A DNA stretch of 50,343 nucleotides. Origin: Minisyncoccota bacterium. GTDB taxonomy: Bacteria; Patescibacteriota; Minisyncoccia; Phycocordibacterales; UBA9973. Below the pieces are notes generated by a model. That model had not been told where the DNA came from, ran no database searches, and was given only the letters and a program-made list of their open reading frames with translations. Made by a program: the position numbers and the translations under genes. Below, piece by piece: positions 16,313 to 25,807 of the stretch (positions are counted from its first letter, which is position 1; every line of letters begins with the position of its first letter). The stretch covers positions 1 through 50,343 of the forward strand of contig JBAYHY010000004.1 of assembly GCA_041665885.1 (NCBI GenBank). The letters are read 5' to 3'.

Positions 16313-16906
16313 TTAAATATATCCGTATGGATGAAAAATTTCCTCATATAAAGCGATGATTCTTTTCGCTTCATGCTGGGAAAGTTCAAAAGCCAGTCCC
16401 TCATGCGCTATTCTATTTCTGACCGTATGCACTTCCCAGGCAATGGTAAGTTCCGGAAAAGTATCTTGATTGGCGGATTTTAATTTATCCCCCAGGGTTT
16501 CTCCTTTAAACCCAAGCTGGTCCATAAGACCGTCCAGCATTGAGTCCGCCTCGATAATGGCAAGCTTCCAATCACTCCCGTGTTGAGAAAAAAGATACCC
16601 TAAAACTTTTCCCCAATGTTCATTTTTGGAACCGCCAGATTGTTCATGAAGCCTTTTTTCATATTCGATTTTGTTGTGTGCATATTCCGCTATTTCGTGG
16701 CGCAAATGTTCTTTTTCCTTTTTTCTTATTTCAAAAAGACGCACGATGGTATAACTGATTACAATCAAGAAAAACGTCGCCAAAAAGGACAGAATGGTTT
16801 TGAAAATAATTATTGCCTGATCACTCGTAATATAAGCGAAAAAATCTTTAATGGAGGAGGGCTCGCTACCAAATAAATTGTCCAGATTAAAGTATGATGG
16901 TTCCAT
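16313..16906 (-). CDS. Single-TM protein with C-terminal HEPN/DUF4145-like domain
   Basis: TM near aa 30-58; AIIEAD..LD, RNRIAH (Rx4H) motif. Confidence 0.6.
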   Translation of the reverse strand: MEPSYFNLDNLFGSEPSSIKDFFAYITSDQAIIIFKTILSFLATFFLIVISYTIVRLFEIRKKEKEHLRHEIAEYAHNKIEYEKRLHEQSGGSKNEHWGKVLGYLFSQHGSDWKLAIIEADSMLDGLMDQLGFKGETLGDKLKSANQDTFPELTIAWEVHTVRNRIAHEGLAFELSQHEAKRIIALYEEIFHPYGYI

Positions 16907-16927
16907 AAATAAAATTATAACACAATT

Positions 16928-18346
16928 CTACTCTCCATTTATTTCTTCAAATTTCCTACCGACATCAAAAAGGGCCTCTTCCCCGAAATGCGGAGCCATA
17001 AACTGAATGGAAAAAGGCAGACCGGCAGAAGAAAATCCGGACGGCAGGGCGATGGACGGCACACCCGATAGGTTCGCGGGAGCAGAAAAGATGTCGCTCA
17101 AATACATCGCCACGGGGTCATCTAATTTCTCCCCCAGCTTGAAGGGAAGAACGGGTGCTGTGGGAGTAAGAATATAGTCTACTTTTTCAAAAGCTCCAAT
17201 AATTTCTTCTTTTATTTTTTCCCTTACTTTTATTGCCTTGTTGTAATATGCATCATAATATCCATGAGAAAGCACATATGTGCCGAGGAGAATTCTGCGT
17301 CGAGCTTCTTTGCCGAAACCTTTGCCCCGGCTCTTCATATATACGTCTTTGAGATTTTCACCTTGCTCCGAAAGACCATAACGAATACCGTCAAAACGTG
17401 AAAGGTTCGTAGAGACTTCTGCCGGCATGATAATGTAATACGCAGCGAGAGAATATTTTGAGGTGGGAAGTTCGATGTCCATTATTTCATATCCGGCTTT
17501 CTTTAGTTTTTCCAAGGATGCTTTGAAGTTTTCCAGAATTTCCTCATCTACCCCTTCTTTAAATAAATGCCAGGGTACTCCGATTTTTTTATTTTGTATT
17601 CGCGATTTATTTCGCAACTCTTCGGGAACAGAGGTGCTGTCTTCTTCGTCGTATCTGGAAAGAGCCTTAAAAATTATTTCTGCATCTCGCACGTTTTTAC
17701 CGAAAGGTGAAACTTGGTCCAGCGAGTTCCCCATCGCGATGATTCCTTGCCTTGAGAGTGCGCCATAAGTCGGTTTTAATCCCACCAGTCCGCAAAAAGC
17801 CGAAGGCTCCCGCACGGAACCACACGTCTCCGTGCCTAGAGCCGCTAATGCCATATCTCCGGCAAGCGCTGCCGCTGAACCCCCAGATGAACCACCCGGG
17901 ACTCGGGACGGATCTATGGGATTTCGGGTAACACCGTAGGCAGAAGTTTCCGTGGAAGAACCCATAGCAAACTCATCCATATTCGTACGACCCAAGAAAA
18001 CAGCTCCGACTTTTTTCAAATCTTTTATAACCGTAGCGTCATAAACTGCTTTGTAATTTTCTAAAATTTTCGAACTGGCAGAAACCTTCCGTCCCTTAAT
18101 CAAAATATTATCTTTAATCGCAAAAGGGATTCCCGTTAATTCCGTGGCAATGCCGTCGATAAATTTTTTCTGCGCCTCTTCCGCTTGCAGAAAGACATCA
18201 TCATAAATCTCAAGATAAGCATTCAATTCGCCATTTTTCTCTGTAATATTTTTCAAATATTCTTCAGCTAATTCTCGACAACTAAAATCGCCTCGGGTGA
18301 GGGCTTCGTGCGCTTTTTCAATTGTTAAATTTTTTAAATCAATCAT
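16928..18346 (-). CDS. gatA: Asp/Glu-tRNA amidotransferase subunit A
   Basis: PFAIKDNI, GRTNMDEFAMGSS, PGGSSGGSAAA, SNLSRFDG-like segment. Confidence 0.97.
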   Translation of the reverse strand: MIDLKNLTIEKAHEALTRGDFSCRELAEEYLKNITEKNGELNAYLEIYDDVFLQAEEAQKKFIDGIATELTGIPFAIKDNILIKGRKVSASSKILENYKAVYDATVIKDLKKVGAVFLGRTNMDEFAMGSSTETSAYGVTRNPIDPSRVPGGSSGGSAAALAGDMALAALGTETCGSVREPSAFCGLVGLKPTYGALSRQGIIAMGNSLDQVSPFGKNVRDAEIIFKALSRYDEEDSTSVPEELRNKSRIQNKKIGVPWHLFKEGVDEEILENFKASLEKLKKAGYEIMDIELPTSKYSLAAYYIIMPAEVSTNLSRFDGIRYGLSEQGENLKDVYMKSRGKGFGKEARRRILLGTYVLSHGYYDAYYNKAIKVREKIKEEIIGAFEKVDYILTPTAPVLPFKLGEKLDDPVAMYLSDIFSAPANLSGVPSIALPSGFSSAGLPFSIQFMAPHFGEEALFDVGRKFEEINGE

Positions 18347-18390
18347 ATCTTATATATACAAAAATTAAAAAATTTAAAGAGTCGTGGGTC

Positions 18391-18415
18391 CCCTGTCTTT
18401 CTGTCTCCGAGGGCG
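18391..18415 (+). repeat. Intergenic motif shared with the 23S-5S spacer
   Basis: 21/25 identity to 50068-50092, both followed by an AAAATT...AAT stem. Confidence 0.6.
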
Positions 18416-18452
18416 AAGGCTCCAAAATTTTTTGAATTTTTGTTATTTATCA

Positions 18453-18725
18453 TCATAAAATTTTCTTTACCTTCAAAAAATCATCTTGCGCGTCGGGAAA
18501 TTGTTCCTTTATTAATTCCTTTGAGAAATCACGCTCTTCTATTTTATCCTCCCGCCAAATATTTCTGAGATTGCGCGCGGGCTCAACCTCCCCGATCTTG
18601 GCTTCTTTGATTTGGTCTACATACTCCAAAATACCCCCTATGTCCTTAAGGAGAGCCGTCTTTTCCTCGAGAGATAACTCGATTCTCGCCAATTCAGCCA
18701 AATTTTCTACGTCTTTAATATTCAC
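18453..18725 (-). CDS. gatC: Asp/Glu-tRNA amidotransferase subunit C
   Basis: DVENLAELARIEL...ILEYVDQI...WRED; upstream of gatA. Confidence 0.93.
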   Translation of the reverse strand: MNIKDVENLAELARIELSLEEKTALLKDIGGILEYVDQIKEAKIGEVEPARNLRNIWREDKIEERDFSKELIKEQFPDAQDDFLKVKKIL

Positions 18726-18794
18726 CCTAGAAGTATAACAAAAAAAGGTGTTTCAAAACAGGTACCTGCCACCCAAGAAATTTATCTTTGTGAA

Positions 18795-21700
18795 CTATGG
18801 TGTGGGGGTTGGGGTCGAACCATCAGCGACCGGAACGGGTGCGGCTGGCGCAGGATCGACGCAAGTATTATCCACCAAGGTTTGTGGCGAAGGACACACC
18901 GGAGGAGCTGGAGGAGTATCACCCGTAGCAACACCAGTTGAATCACCACCGAGGGAATCCACACAAACATTATCAACTAAAATCTGCGAAGCGGTACAAG
19001 TCATGGGTTCTGAACCCGTCGAGGAATCGGGAGTTGTGGACACTGTGCTTCCTCCGCCGGAAGCGGCAGTTCCGGCGAGAAGATTATCAAGCTCTGTTCG
19101 GGTGATACACGTCTCACCGGCAAGATCTGTCACACAAAGCTCCTTGGTGTGCACGCGGTTTGCAAAAAAGTCTCCTATTCCATTCGTCGTGTCTGCCATC
19201 CAAGCATCCATCCTATCAAAGAAAGCAACCACAAAAGATTCTGCCGGTGAACCCGGGAGCGGAATGACGGTACCGGTAATACTTTCTAAATTCAAATCTA
19301 AATCTTGTACTGATTTGACGAGAAGCGGAGTAAGTTTGGAATAATCAACCATCCAAGGCGTCTCTCCAGGCGACAATGGATCTATCCCATTATCCCCATT
19401 CGTAGTCACCGCTTCCGGATAAATATTATTTAACTCTTGAGCAATAAAACCGGTCATCCTTTGTTTGCTCGGGTCGCTAACAAAAGCAAAATCTGCAACA
19501 TTAATTTTCATCAAATCTGATAACCCAAGAGCAGTCGGCGCAATGTCTTCTTTAATACGCATATCAGAAGAAGTATTGAAAGCAACTGTCGTGGCAGCAT
19601 TTTGAGAAACACTTCCGATTACCGTGGCATCTGTTCTCTGAAAAGTAATCAATTGAGAAGCGGCCACTCCGGTATTGTTTCCCCCTAGAATTAATAATCC
19701 GTTGTTTTGAGTTGTTCCTCCGAGGGTATTGGCAATTCTAGCTGTCGGCGTACCCGCTGCTGGAGTTCCAGTAACATGAAAAATATTGGAAGGTGACGTC
19801 GCGCCGATGCCGACATTGCCACTTCCTAATATTGTCATCTTCTCCGACAATGTTTGAAGGGTGGTACCCGAGGCGAGCGTCGTTCCGGTAAGGAATGAAA
19901 TACTACTTGCCCCCGTACCCGTTCCAGCACCTGAAGTAAGGATTAAATTACCCCCAACAATATTAGTTCCTCCCGCAACCGTTCCCCCGGCGGCTACAGT
20001 CAAAGCTCTACCCATGGTTCCTGAGGCAGTGTTTTCTATCCAAATCTTTTGTGCAACACCGTTTCCTAAGCTTAAAATATTTGTAGGACTCGTAGTTCCG
20101 ATTCCGACTTTTCCACCACCAGTAGCAATAAGTACGCTACCATAGGCCGCCAATCCTATATTTGCCCCGCCGCTTAAATAAAGATTTCCTCCCGGAGTAC
20201 CGGATGACCCATACGACCCGGCAACGATTTTTAAATCATAAGAATTAGCCATATTATCAACGTCTAGTTTTATGCTTTGCGCGGTAGCAGAATTACTATA
20301 AAGTGCGATATTCCCGGCCACTTCTAGTTTTTCTCCTGGAGTAATTGTCCCAATTCCAACCCTATGATTGGCAGAATCCACAAAAAGAGAGTTGGTGTCT
20401 ACGGTAAGATTATGAATTCCCAAATCTACATTTGACGTTCCGCCAGTGTAAGGAATGTAACCAGAAAGAGAAGGAATGTCGCTCAACAAGGCAAGGGTTC
20501 CGGTGGTGGAAGGCATTGTAATAATATTATTCCCCGTATAACCAACTGCTGGGACTAATCGTAAATATGCCCCCATTGTTCCATTTGTGAAAATCATACC
20601 ATCTGGGGTCACGGACACCTCCCGTCTTGCTCCAATCGATGGCGTGATTCCACTATAAAGACCACTATATCCGAATCCAGAAAAATAGGAATCTGTCCCG
20701 TCGTCAAAACTCGTTGTTGCTCCATAAGAATTCCAACTTGCGATGCTAGTATCATCGTCGTTGCTTGAATTAATGCCAGTTGTATCTATAACAGTATGCT
20801 CTGATGTACCATTTACAGAATCCACTGCATAGACAGTCAATGCAGAAGTGGCGTTTCCTAAAAGGGAAATTTGAGAGGCCAACAAACCACCGTTTGCATT
20901 CGCCGCACCATCGCCGATCTGCAAAACTCCTGCGGCGTTGCGAGAAAGAGAAACGTCATTACTCCCACTTCGTGCATCTACTGTGCTTCTCCAAGTATTT
21001 AACATGCCACTACCATGTTCCAACCCCAAAGTATCAAGCCTTAAAACCACATCGTTTGTTCCGTTTTTTACCTGATATTCTCCGACAGGGGAAGATTTTG
21101 TAGTAAAATTATTTGCTGTCACAACACCACTATTGTCTATATTAAATTTAGTAGCTCCTCCCACCTGTGCGTCAATCAAATACTGCGCTCCACTACCGAC
21201 TGCTGTTTCTGTGCGGTTGATGAGGAGGTCGGTGTTGGCGGCGGTAGAAGCGACTTGATTGTAGGTAGGTTTGATAGCAAGGGTTGCGCCAGTGCCCGCG
21301 GTATTTGTGAAATTCCTAGCAAACAACGCATTGGTATAGGAAGCAGTAGACCCGACAGATTCACCCGAAAAAGCAATTCCAACGTCAGCGTTACTTACAG
21401 AATAACTATACATGGCTAGCCCCCTACCAGCGGCATCTGGCGTAGTGTAACTACTTCCCGAAAAAGAAAACAAATACGGCGACACGGTAGCCGCGCTACC
21501 AAGTCTGAAACCAAGTCCGGTAGTGGTAATGCCCGCATTCGTCACGCTAAACTTACTAACCCCTCCCACTTGTGCGTCTATCAAATTCCCACTTGTTTTT
21601 GCGGTTGGGTTAATTAAGAAATCTGTGAGAGCGGAAGAGTCGGCTTTGGCAAGAGATATTTGTGACGCCAACAAGCTCCCATTGGCATTCGCCGCACCAT

Positions 21701-24700
21701 CACCGATCTGCAAAACTCCGGCAGCATTTCGAGAAAGAGAAGTATCCATGTTTGTATTACCCGCCACGCCCGGCTCCCAACCAATGATAGAGGTATTGCT
21801 GCTTGATAACTTTGCCGCAGGAAGGAATTGACCATTTGAGGAATATCTTGCCTGTACTGTGCCACCTGCGACAAAATCGATAATGTTATTACTACTAGAA
21901 AAGATACCTGTGTTCGTTCCGCCACCACTGAAAGTTATGCTAGGGGCAGAAACTAAACCACTAGATAATAAAAGTCTTCCATTTGCATTCGCTCCGCCGT
22001 CGCCGATTTGGACTATCCCTGCGGCGTTGCGGGAAAGAGATAGGTCGGGAGTGCCATATGCGGAAGTAGTGGACGACCACTTCCGCATATTAGCCGCTGG
22101 CATCTCTTCATCGCCAGCTATGTAACTACTTCCCAAGATGTAGGCCGCCCCGCCAACATTGGAGTATAGGGTGTATCCAGCCACCTTGAAACCTACAGCA
22201 GAGTTGATATATCCATCCTTGTCCACACTAGCCTTCACGGCTCCCGTACTATCCTGCCATTCTTGAAGATTTGCAGTTTGTCCTGCGTAACCCTTAATGA
22301 TTGCACCTTTGTCGGTTATTGCACCAGAGTTAATTTGAAGTTTCGCACCTGGCGTCGTCGTCCCGATGCCGACGGAACCAGAGAAATAAGCACCGCCTGA
22401 AGTGTTGATAGAAGCAAGCTCTGACCCCGATGTCCCAGAAGAAACGTAAAGTGAACTAACTTTTATTTGTCGAAATGTTGTACCTGCTGCATTTGCAAAA
22501 GTGTAAGCATTGCCGCTGTCGTTCACGGCTGGCGTACCATAAAATAGAAGATCTTTAGATGATAAGTAGAATGAGTTGCCTGCTTGAACATTTACTGACG
22601 CATATATATTTCCTGTTACTTCTAATTTGTTACCTGGATTGGTATTCCCTATCCCGACGTTGCCGCTTACAATTAACCCATTAGAAGGAGCTGCGGTACC
22701 TGCATAACTGCCGAAGGCTGCATTGCCTTCTATGTCAAGAGTGTTCACGGCAGTACTTCCTGAAGTTCCGTATCGTAATCCAGTGTCGGTAAGTCTCATC
22801 CATTGCGTAACCGCTGTGCCAGTTATTCTGCCGAAGTATGAAGTACTACCAGACTGCACCATAGAAAATGCATTGTTTGCCGCACTACCAATCACAAAAC
22901 CCGTACCAGACCAGCCAGTTTGGCTTATTTGCCCAAGAGCTGCTGTTGCAGACGGGATACTGGTAAATGTACCGCCAGTGTTGGCTACTTGTATTCCACC
23001 AACTGTAGGACTCGTCGTCCCGATGCCGACACGATGATTCGTCGCATCAACAAAAAGAGAATTAGTATCTACCGTAAGATTATGAATTCCTAAATCTACA
23101 TTTGACGTTCCGCCGGTGTATGGAATGTAACCAGTGGTTAAATCGCTTACTAAAGCTAAGGTTCCTGTAGTGGCTGGCAGGGTTAAAGTTGGAGTGCCGG
23201 CTGCTGCCGCGACTTGGATAATTGCTTTGCCGGAAGTTGCCCCCGCCAAGGAGAGAACTCCAGCTGTTGTTCCGGCGGTGCCAAGGGTTAATAGTTCTCC
23301 GGGAGCAGAGTTACCAATACCGATTTTACCATTCTTGTCTATTACTGTTAGTGCCGTACCTGATGAATTTATCCATTGTTGCAAGTCTGCCGTCTGGGAA
23401 GCAGCGCCGCGAATCTTCAACCCAGTAGTTGCCGCAGTGGCCGCAGTTATGTTTATTGCGTCCGAACCTCCTGACTGAATGTTTGCACCATTGGTTGCAT
23501 AACCAGTGACTACGTATTTACCACTTATCAAAAACCCTGAACCATTAGCGGAAATATAACCGGCATTTGATGTAATTGCATTGAATGCCGTGTTCCAGTT
23601 ACCGGCACCAGCCTTCTCTGAATACCAAATATAACTCCCATCCATATAGTGAGCATCAATCCAATAATTGTCATACCCAGGAAAGTTAAATACTCTGTGC
23701 GTATAGGTATGCTTGGTGGGCACACCCGCATTCCAGGCATAAAATTCTTGATTTATATCTCTTGAATATCCACCATCACCAATAGCCGCGGGGATAGCGG
23801 TAGCACCCAGTGTTAGATTGCCAGCACTTGTTATTTTAGACAACACAGTCCCCGTACTATCCTGCCACTGTTGCAAATCTCCGGTCTGCCCTGCGTAACC
23901 CTTAATGATTGCACCGATGTCTGTTGTGACACCAGAGTTAACTTGAAATTTCGCCCCCGGCGCCGTTGTTCCGATTCCAACGTTGCCACTCGTTGGAAGA
24001 ATTATTATTCCCTGACTTCCAATTGATGCGTTGTAACCAATAAAGCCATATGTACCGCCTCCGCCAGAACCCAAATTCAAAAACGAACCAGCGGCAGCAG
24101 AATCACGAACAACCGCACCGAAGGTAGAACTACCATACACATCTAATTTTGCTCCTGGGCTCGTTGTCCCCACTCCCACTCGATGATTTGTCGCATCCAC
24201 AAAAAGAGAATTGGTATCTACGGTGAGATTGTGAAGTCCTAAATCAACATTTGAAGTTCCACCAGTATAAGGAATGTAGCCAGTAGTTAAATCACTTACC
24301 AAGGCTAAAGTTCCTGTGGTCGTCGGTAAGGTCAAAGTCGGAGTGCCTGCGGCAGCTGCTACTTGGATAATTGCTTTGCCGGAAGTGGCTCCTGCCAAAG
24401 AAAGGACTCCGGCTGTTGTTCCGGCGGTACCGAGGGTTAGTAATTCTCCCGGGGCGGCATTTTTGATACCAATTTTGCCCGTGGGAAATAGCACGTTGCC
24501 AGCAGAAGTATAATTAACATCCTGATAAACAGTGGTGCCGGCCTTATTTCTTATCATAAACCCATTGGCATCAAAACTTCCTATGTTGTTAACAATAAAC
24601 CTTCCGTTGCCAGTCCCCTCGTCTTTTAAATTAACCCAATTACTTGCTCCAAAATAGGCATCTCCGGCTACTTGAAACATAGCACTCGGAGAAACCGTTC

Positions 24701-25292
24701 CGATGCCAACATTGCCGCCCTTAAAATAGATCCCGGCTGTTGATGACGGCCCAATCCATGATTCTGCGAGAGTGGTTAGAGGATTAATGAGGGTAAACGA
24801 GTTTGCCGCGTTGGTATAAACTCCACTCACGACCGTAAGCGCACTATCTGCCACCATCGCAGCCGGAACTGCTCCGAGTTTTTTACGCGACACCATTTCT
24901 CCATCCCACCCAGGTGTCCCAGTACCTCCGATATTTACTCCGAGATAAAGTGTTTGATTAAAATCAACTCCAGTCAAAGGGGTAACCCCTCCGAGGAGAA
25001 CGCTAAAAAGTCCATTCGTCACCTGCACCTTGTCCGTATTTATTCTCGTCTCTGTCCAAATAGCAGTACCACCAGTCGGAACTGTGTACAAAGCAAACTC
25101 CATATTGTAAGTACCGTTGGCGACGGCTACTCCGGCCGAAGTGGTAAGTTTTCCTTGATAATTCATTTGCTTGTTTATCGCAGACTCTACGTCTCCGGTC
25201 GGAAAAAATATTATTACCAAAAAGACAAAAAGCGAAATAATATTTTTTACATTTTTTCTACTTGTTAACTTTTGTGAAAATAATATTCTCAT
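18795..25292 (-). CDS. Giant secreted tail-fibre/tailspike-like adhesin with peptidase S74 intramolecular chaperone
   Basis: Signal peptide; MNYQGKL...GLFSVLLG N-domain; many GIGTTxP repeats; SDMRIKEDI...GFIAQEL...VDYSKLTPLLVKSVQDL. Confidence 0.85.
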   Translation of the reverse strand: MRILFSQKLTSRKNVKNIISLFVFLVIIFFPTGDVESAINKQMNYQGKLTTSAGVAVANGTYNMEFALYTVPTGGTAIWTETRINTDKVQVTNGLFSVLLGGVTPLTGVDFNQTLYLGVNIGGTGTPGWDGEMVSRKKLGAVPAAMVADSALTVVSGVYTNAANSFTLINPLTTLAESWIGPSSTAGIYFKGGNVGIGTVSPSAMFQVAGDAYFGASNWVNLKDEGTGNGRFIVNNIGSFDANGFMIRNKAGTTVYQDVNYTSAGNVLFPTGKIGIKNAAPGELLTLGTAGTTAGVLSLAGATSGKAIIQVAAAAGTPTLTLPTTTGTLALVSDLTTGYIPYTGGTSNVDLGLHNLTVDTNSLFVDATNHRVGVGTTSPGAKLDVYGSSTFGAVVRDSAAAGSFLNLGSGGGGTYGFIGYNASIGSQGIIILPTSGNVGIGTTAPGAKFQVNSGVTTDIGAIIKGYAGQTGDLQQWQDSTGTVLSKITSAGNLTLGATAIPAAIGDGGYSRDINQEFYAWNAGVPTKHTYTHRVFNFPGYDNYWIDAHYMDGSYIWYSEKAGAGNWNTAFNAITSNAGYISANGSGFLISGKYVVTGYATNGANIQSGGSDAINITAATAATTGLKIRGAASQTADLQQWINSSGTALTVIDKNGKIGIGNSAPGELLTLGTAGTTAGVLSLAGATSGKAIIQVAAAAGTPTLTLPATTGTLALVSDLTTGYIPYTGGTSNVDLGIHNLTVDTNSLFVDATNHRVGIGTTSPTVGGIQVANTGGTFTSIPSATAALGQISQTGWSGTGFVIGSAANNAFSMVQSGSTSYFGRITGTAVTQWMRLTDTGLRYGTSGSTAVNTLDIEGNAAFGSYAGTAAPSNGLIVSGNVGIGNTNPGNKLEVTGNIYASVNVQAGNSFYLSSKDLLFYGTPAVNDSGNAYTFANAAGTTFRQIKVSSLYVSSGTSGSELASINTSGGAYFSGSVGIGTTTPGAKLQINSGAITDKGAIIKGYAGQTANLQEWQDSTGAVKASVDKDGYINSAVGFKVAGYTLYSNVGGAAYILGSSYIAGDEEMPAANMRKWSSTTSAYGTPDLSLSRNAAGIVQIGDGGANANGRLLLSSGLVSAPSITFSGGGTNTGIFSSSNNIIDFVAGGTVQARYSSNGQFLPAAKLSSSNTSIIGWEPGVAGNTNMDTSLSRNAAGVLQIGDGAANANGSLLASQISLAKADSSALTDFLINPTAKTSGNLIDAQVGGVSKFSVTNAGITTTGLGFRLGSAATVSPYLFSFSGSSYTTPDAAGRGLAMYSYSVSNADVGIAFSGESVGSTASYTNALFARNFTNTAGTGATLAIKPTYNQVASTAANTDLLINRTETAVGSGAQYLIDAQVGGATKFNIDNSGVVTANNFTTKSSPVGEYQVKNGTNDVVLRLDTLGLEHGSGMLNTWRSTVDARSGSNDVSLSRNAAGVLQIGDGAANANGGLLASQISLLGNATSALTVYAVDSVNGTSEHTVIDTTGINSSNDDDTSIASWNSYGATTSFDDGTDSYFSGFGYSGLYSGITPSIGARREVSVTPDGMIFTNGTMGAYLRLVPAVGYTGNNIITMPSTTGTLALLSDIPSLSGYIPYTGGTSNVDLGIHNLTVDTNSLFVDSANHRVGIGTITPGEKLEVAGNIALYSNSATAQSIKLDVDNMANSYDLKIVAGSYGSSGTPGGNLYLSGGANIGLAAYGSVLIATGGGKVGIGTTSPTNILSLGNGVAQKIWIENTASGTMGRALTVAAGGTVAGGTNIVGGNLILTSGAGTGTGASSISFLTGTTLASGTTLQTLSEKMTILGSGNVGIGATSPSNIFHVTGTPAAGTPTARIANTLGGTTQNNGLLILGGNNTGVAASQLITFQRTDATVIGSVSQNAATTVAFNTSSDMRIKEDIAPTALGLSDLMKINVADFAFVSDPSKQRMTGFIAQELNNIYPEAVTTNGDNGIDPLSPGETPWMVDYSKLTPLLVKSVQDLDLNLESITGTVIPLPGSPAESFVVAFFDRMDAWMADTTNGIGDFFANRVHTKELCVTDLAGETCITRTELDNLLAGTAASGGGSTVSTTPDSSTGSEPMTCTASQILVDNVCVDSLGGDSTGVATGDTPPAPPVCPSPQTLVDNTCVDPAPAAPVPVADGSTPTPTP

Positions 25293-25295
25293 TTT

Positions 25296-25655
25296 CTAGT
25301 TTATTGTCTCCACCTCGGAGGAAAGAGTTTTTTTACCTTCCCCTAAATCTGTTTTATTGTTCTTTCCATAAAAATAAATACTAAAAACAAGAATGCCCAG
25401 AAAAAGTATCCCGGAAATAATAAAAATATTTTGAGTTCTTCTTTGGGATAAGAAATCCCCAATGGCAAACTTATCGTGACGGATTTTTTGCTTAAAAATG
25501 TAATTCTTTATTTCCTCTTCGGTGGTAAACCAATTCCCTCCAATTTTCTCCCCTTTCATCTCTCCTTTGCGAATCAGGGCGCTCAAATAATCTGAATGGT
25601 ATCCAGAAATCTTTGATGCTTGGCTTAATGATATGACTTTTTTTAGATTTTCCAT
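25296..25655 (-). CDS. HTH_17/excisionase-like DNA-binding domain fused to a C-terminal TM helix
   Basis: ISLSQASKISGYHSDYLSALIRKGEMKGEKIGGNWFT; TM IFIISGILFLGILVFSIYF. Confidence 0.75.
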   Translation of the reverse strand: MENLKKVISLSQASKISGYHSDYLSALIRKGEMKGEKIGGNWFTTEEEIKNYIFKQKIRHDKFAIGDFLSQRRTQNIFIISGILFLGILVFSIYFYGKNNKTDLGEGKKTLSSEVETIN

Positions 25656-25763
25656 TATATGAAGATATATAATAGTTTCTCGGATAGACGAGATATCAAA
25701 AAACGGCGTCTCGGCTAAACGATATTTATTTATACCCTTATATTATAATAGGAAATCCCCTCT

Positions 25764-25783
25764 ATATCCACTAGTTATCCACA
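25764..25783 (+). promoter_or_regulatory. DnaA-box pair upstream of the HTH-S74 operon
   Basis: ATATCCACT (25764) and TTATCCACA (25775). Confidence 0.5.
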
Positions 25784-25807
25784 GTTTTTATTAAACATAA
25801 AAAAAGC

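Noticed and set aside
18748-19344. 198-aa plus-strand ORF
   Set aside because: Shadow of the GC-rich Pro/Thr tail of the giant protein; no independent signals
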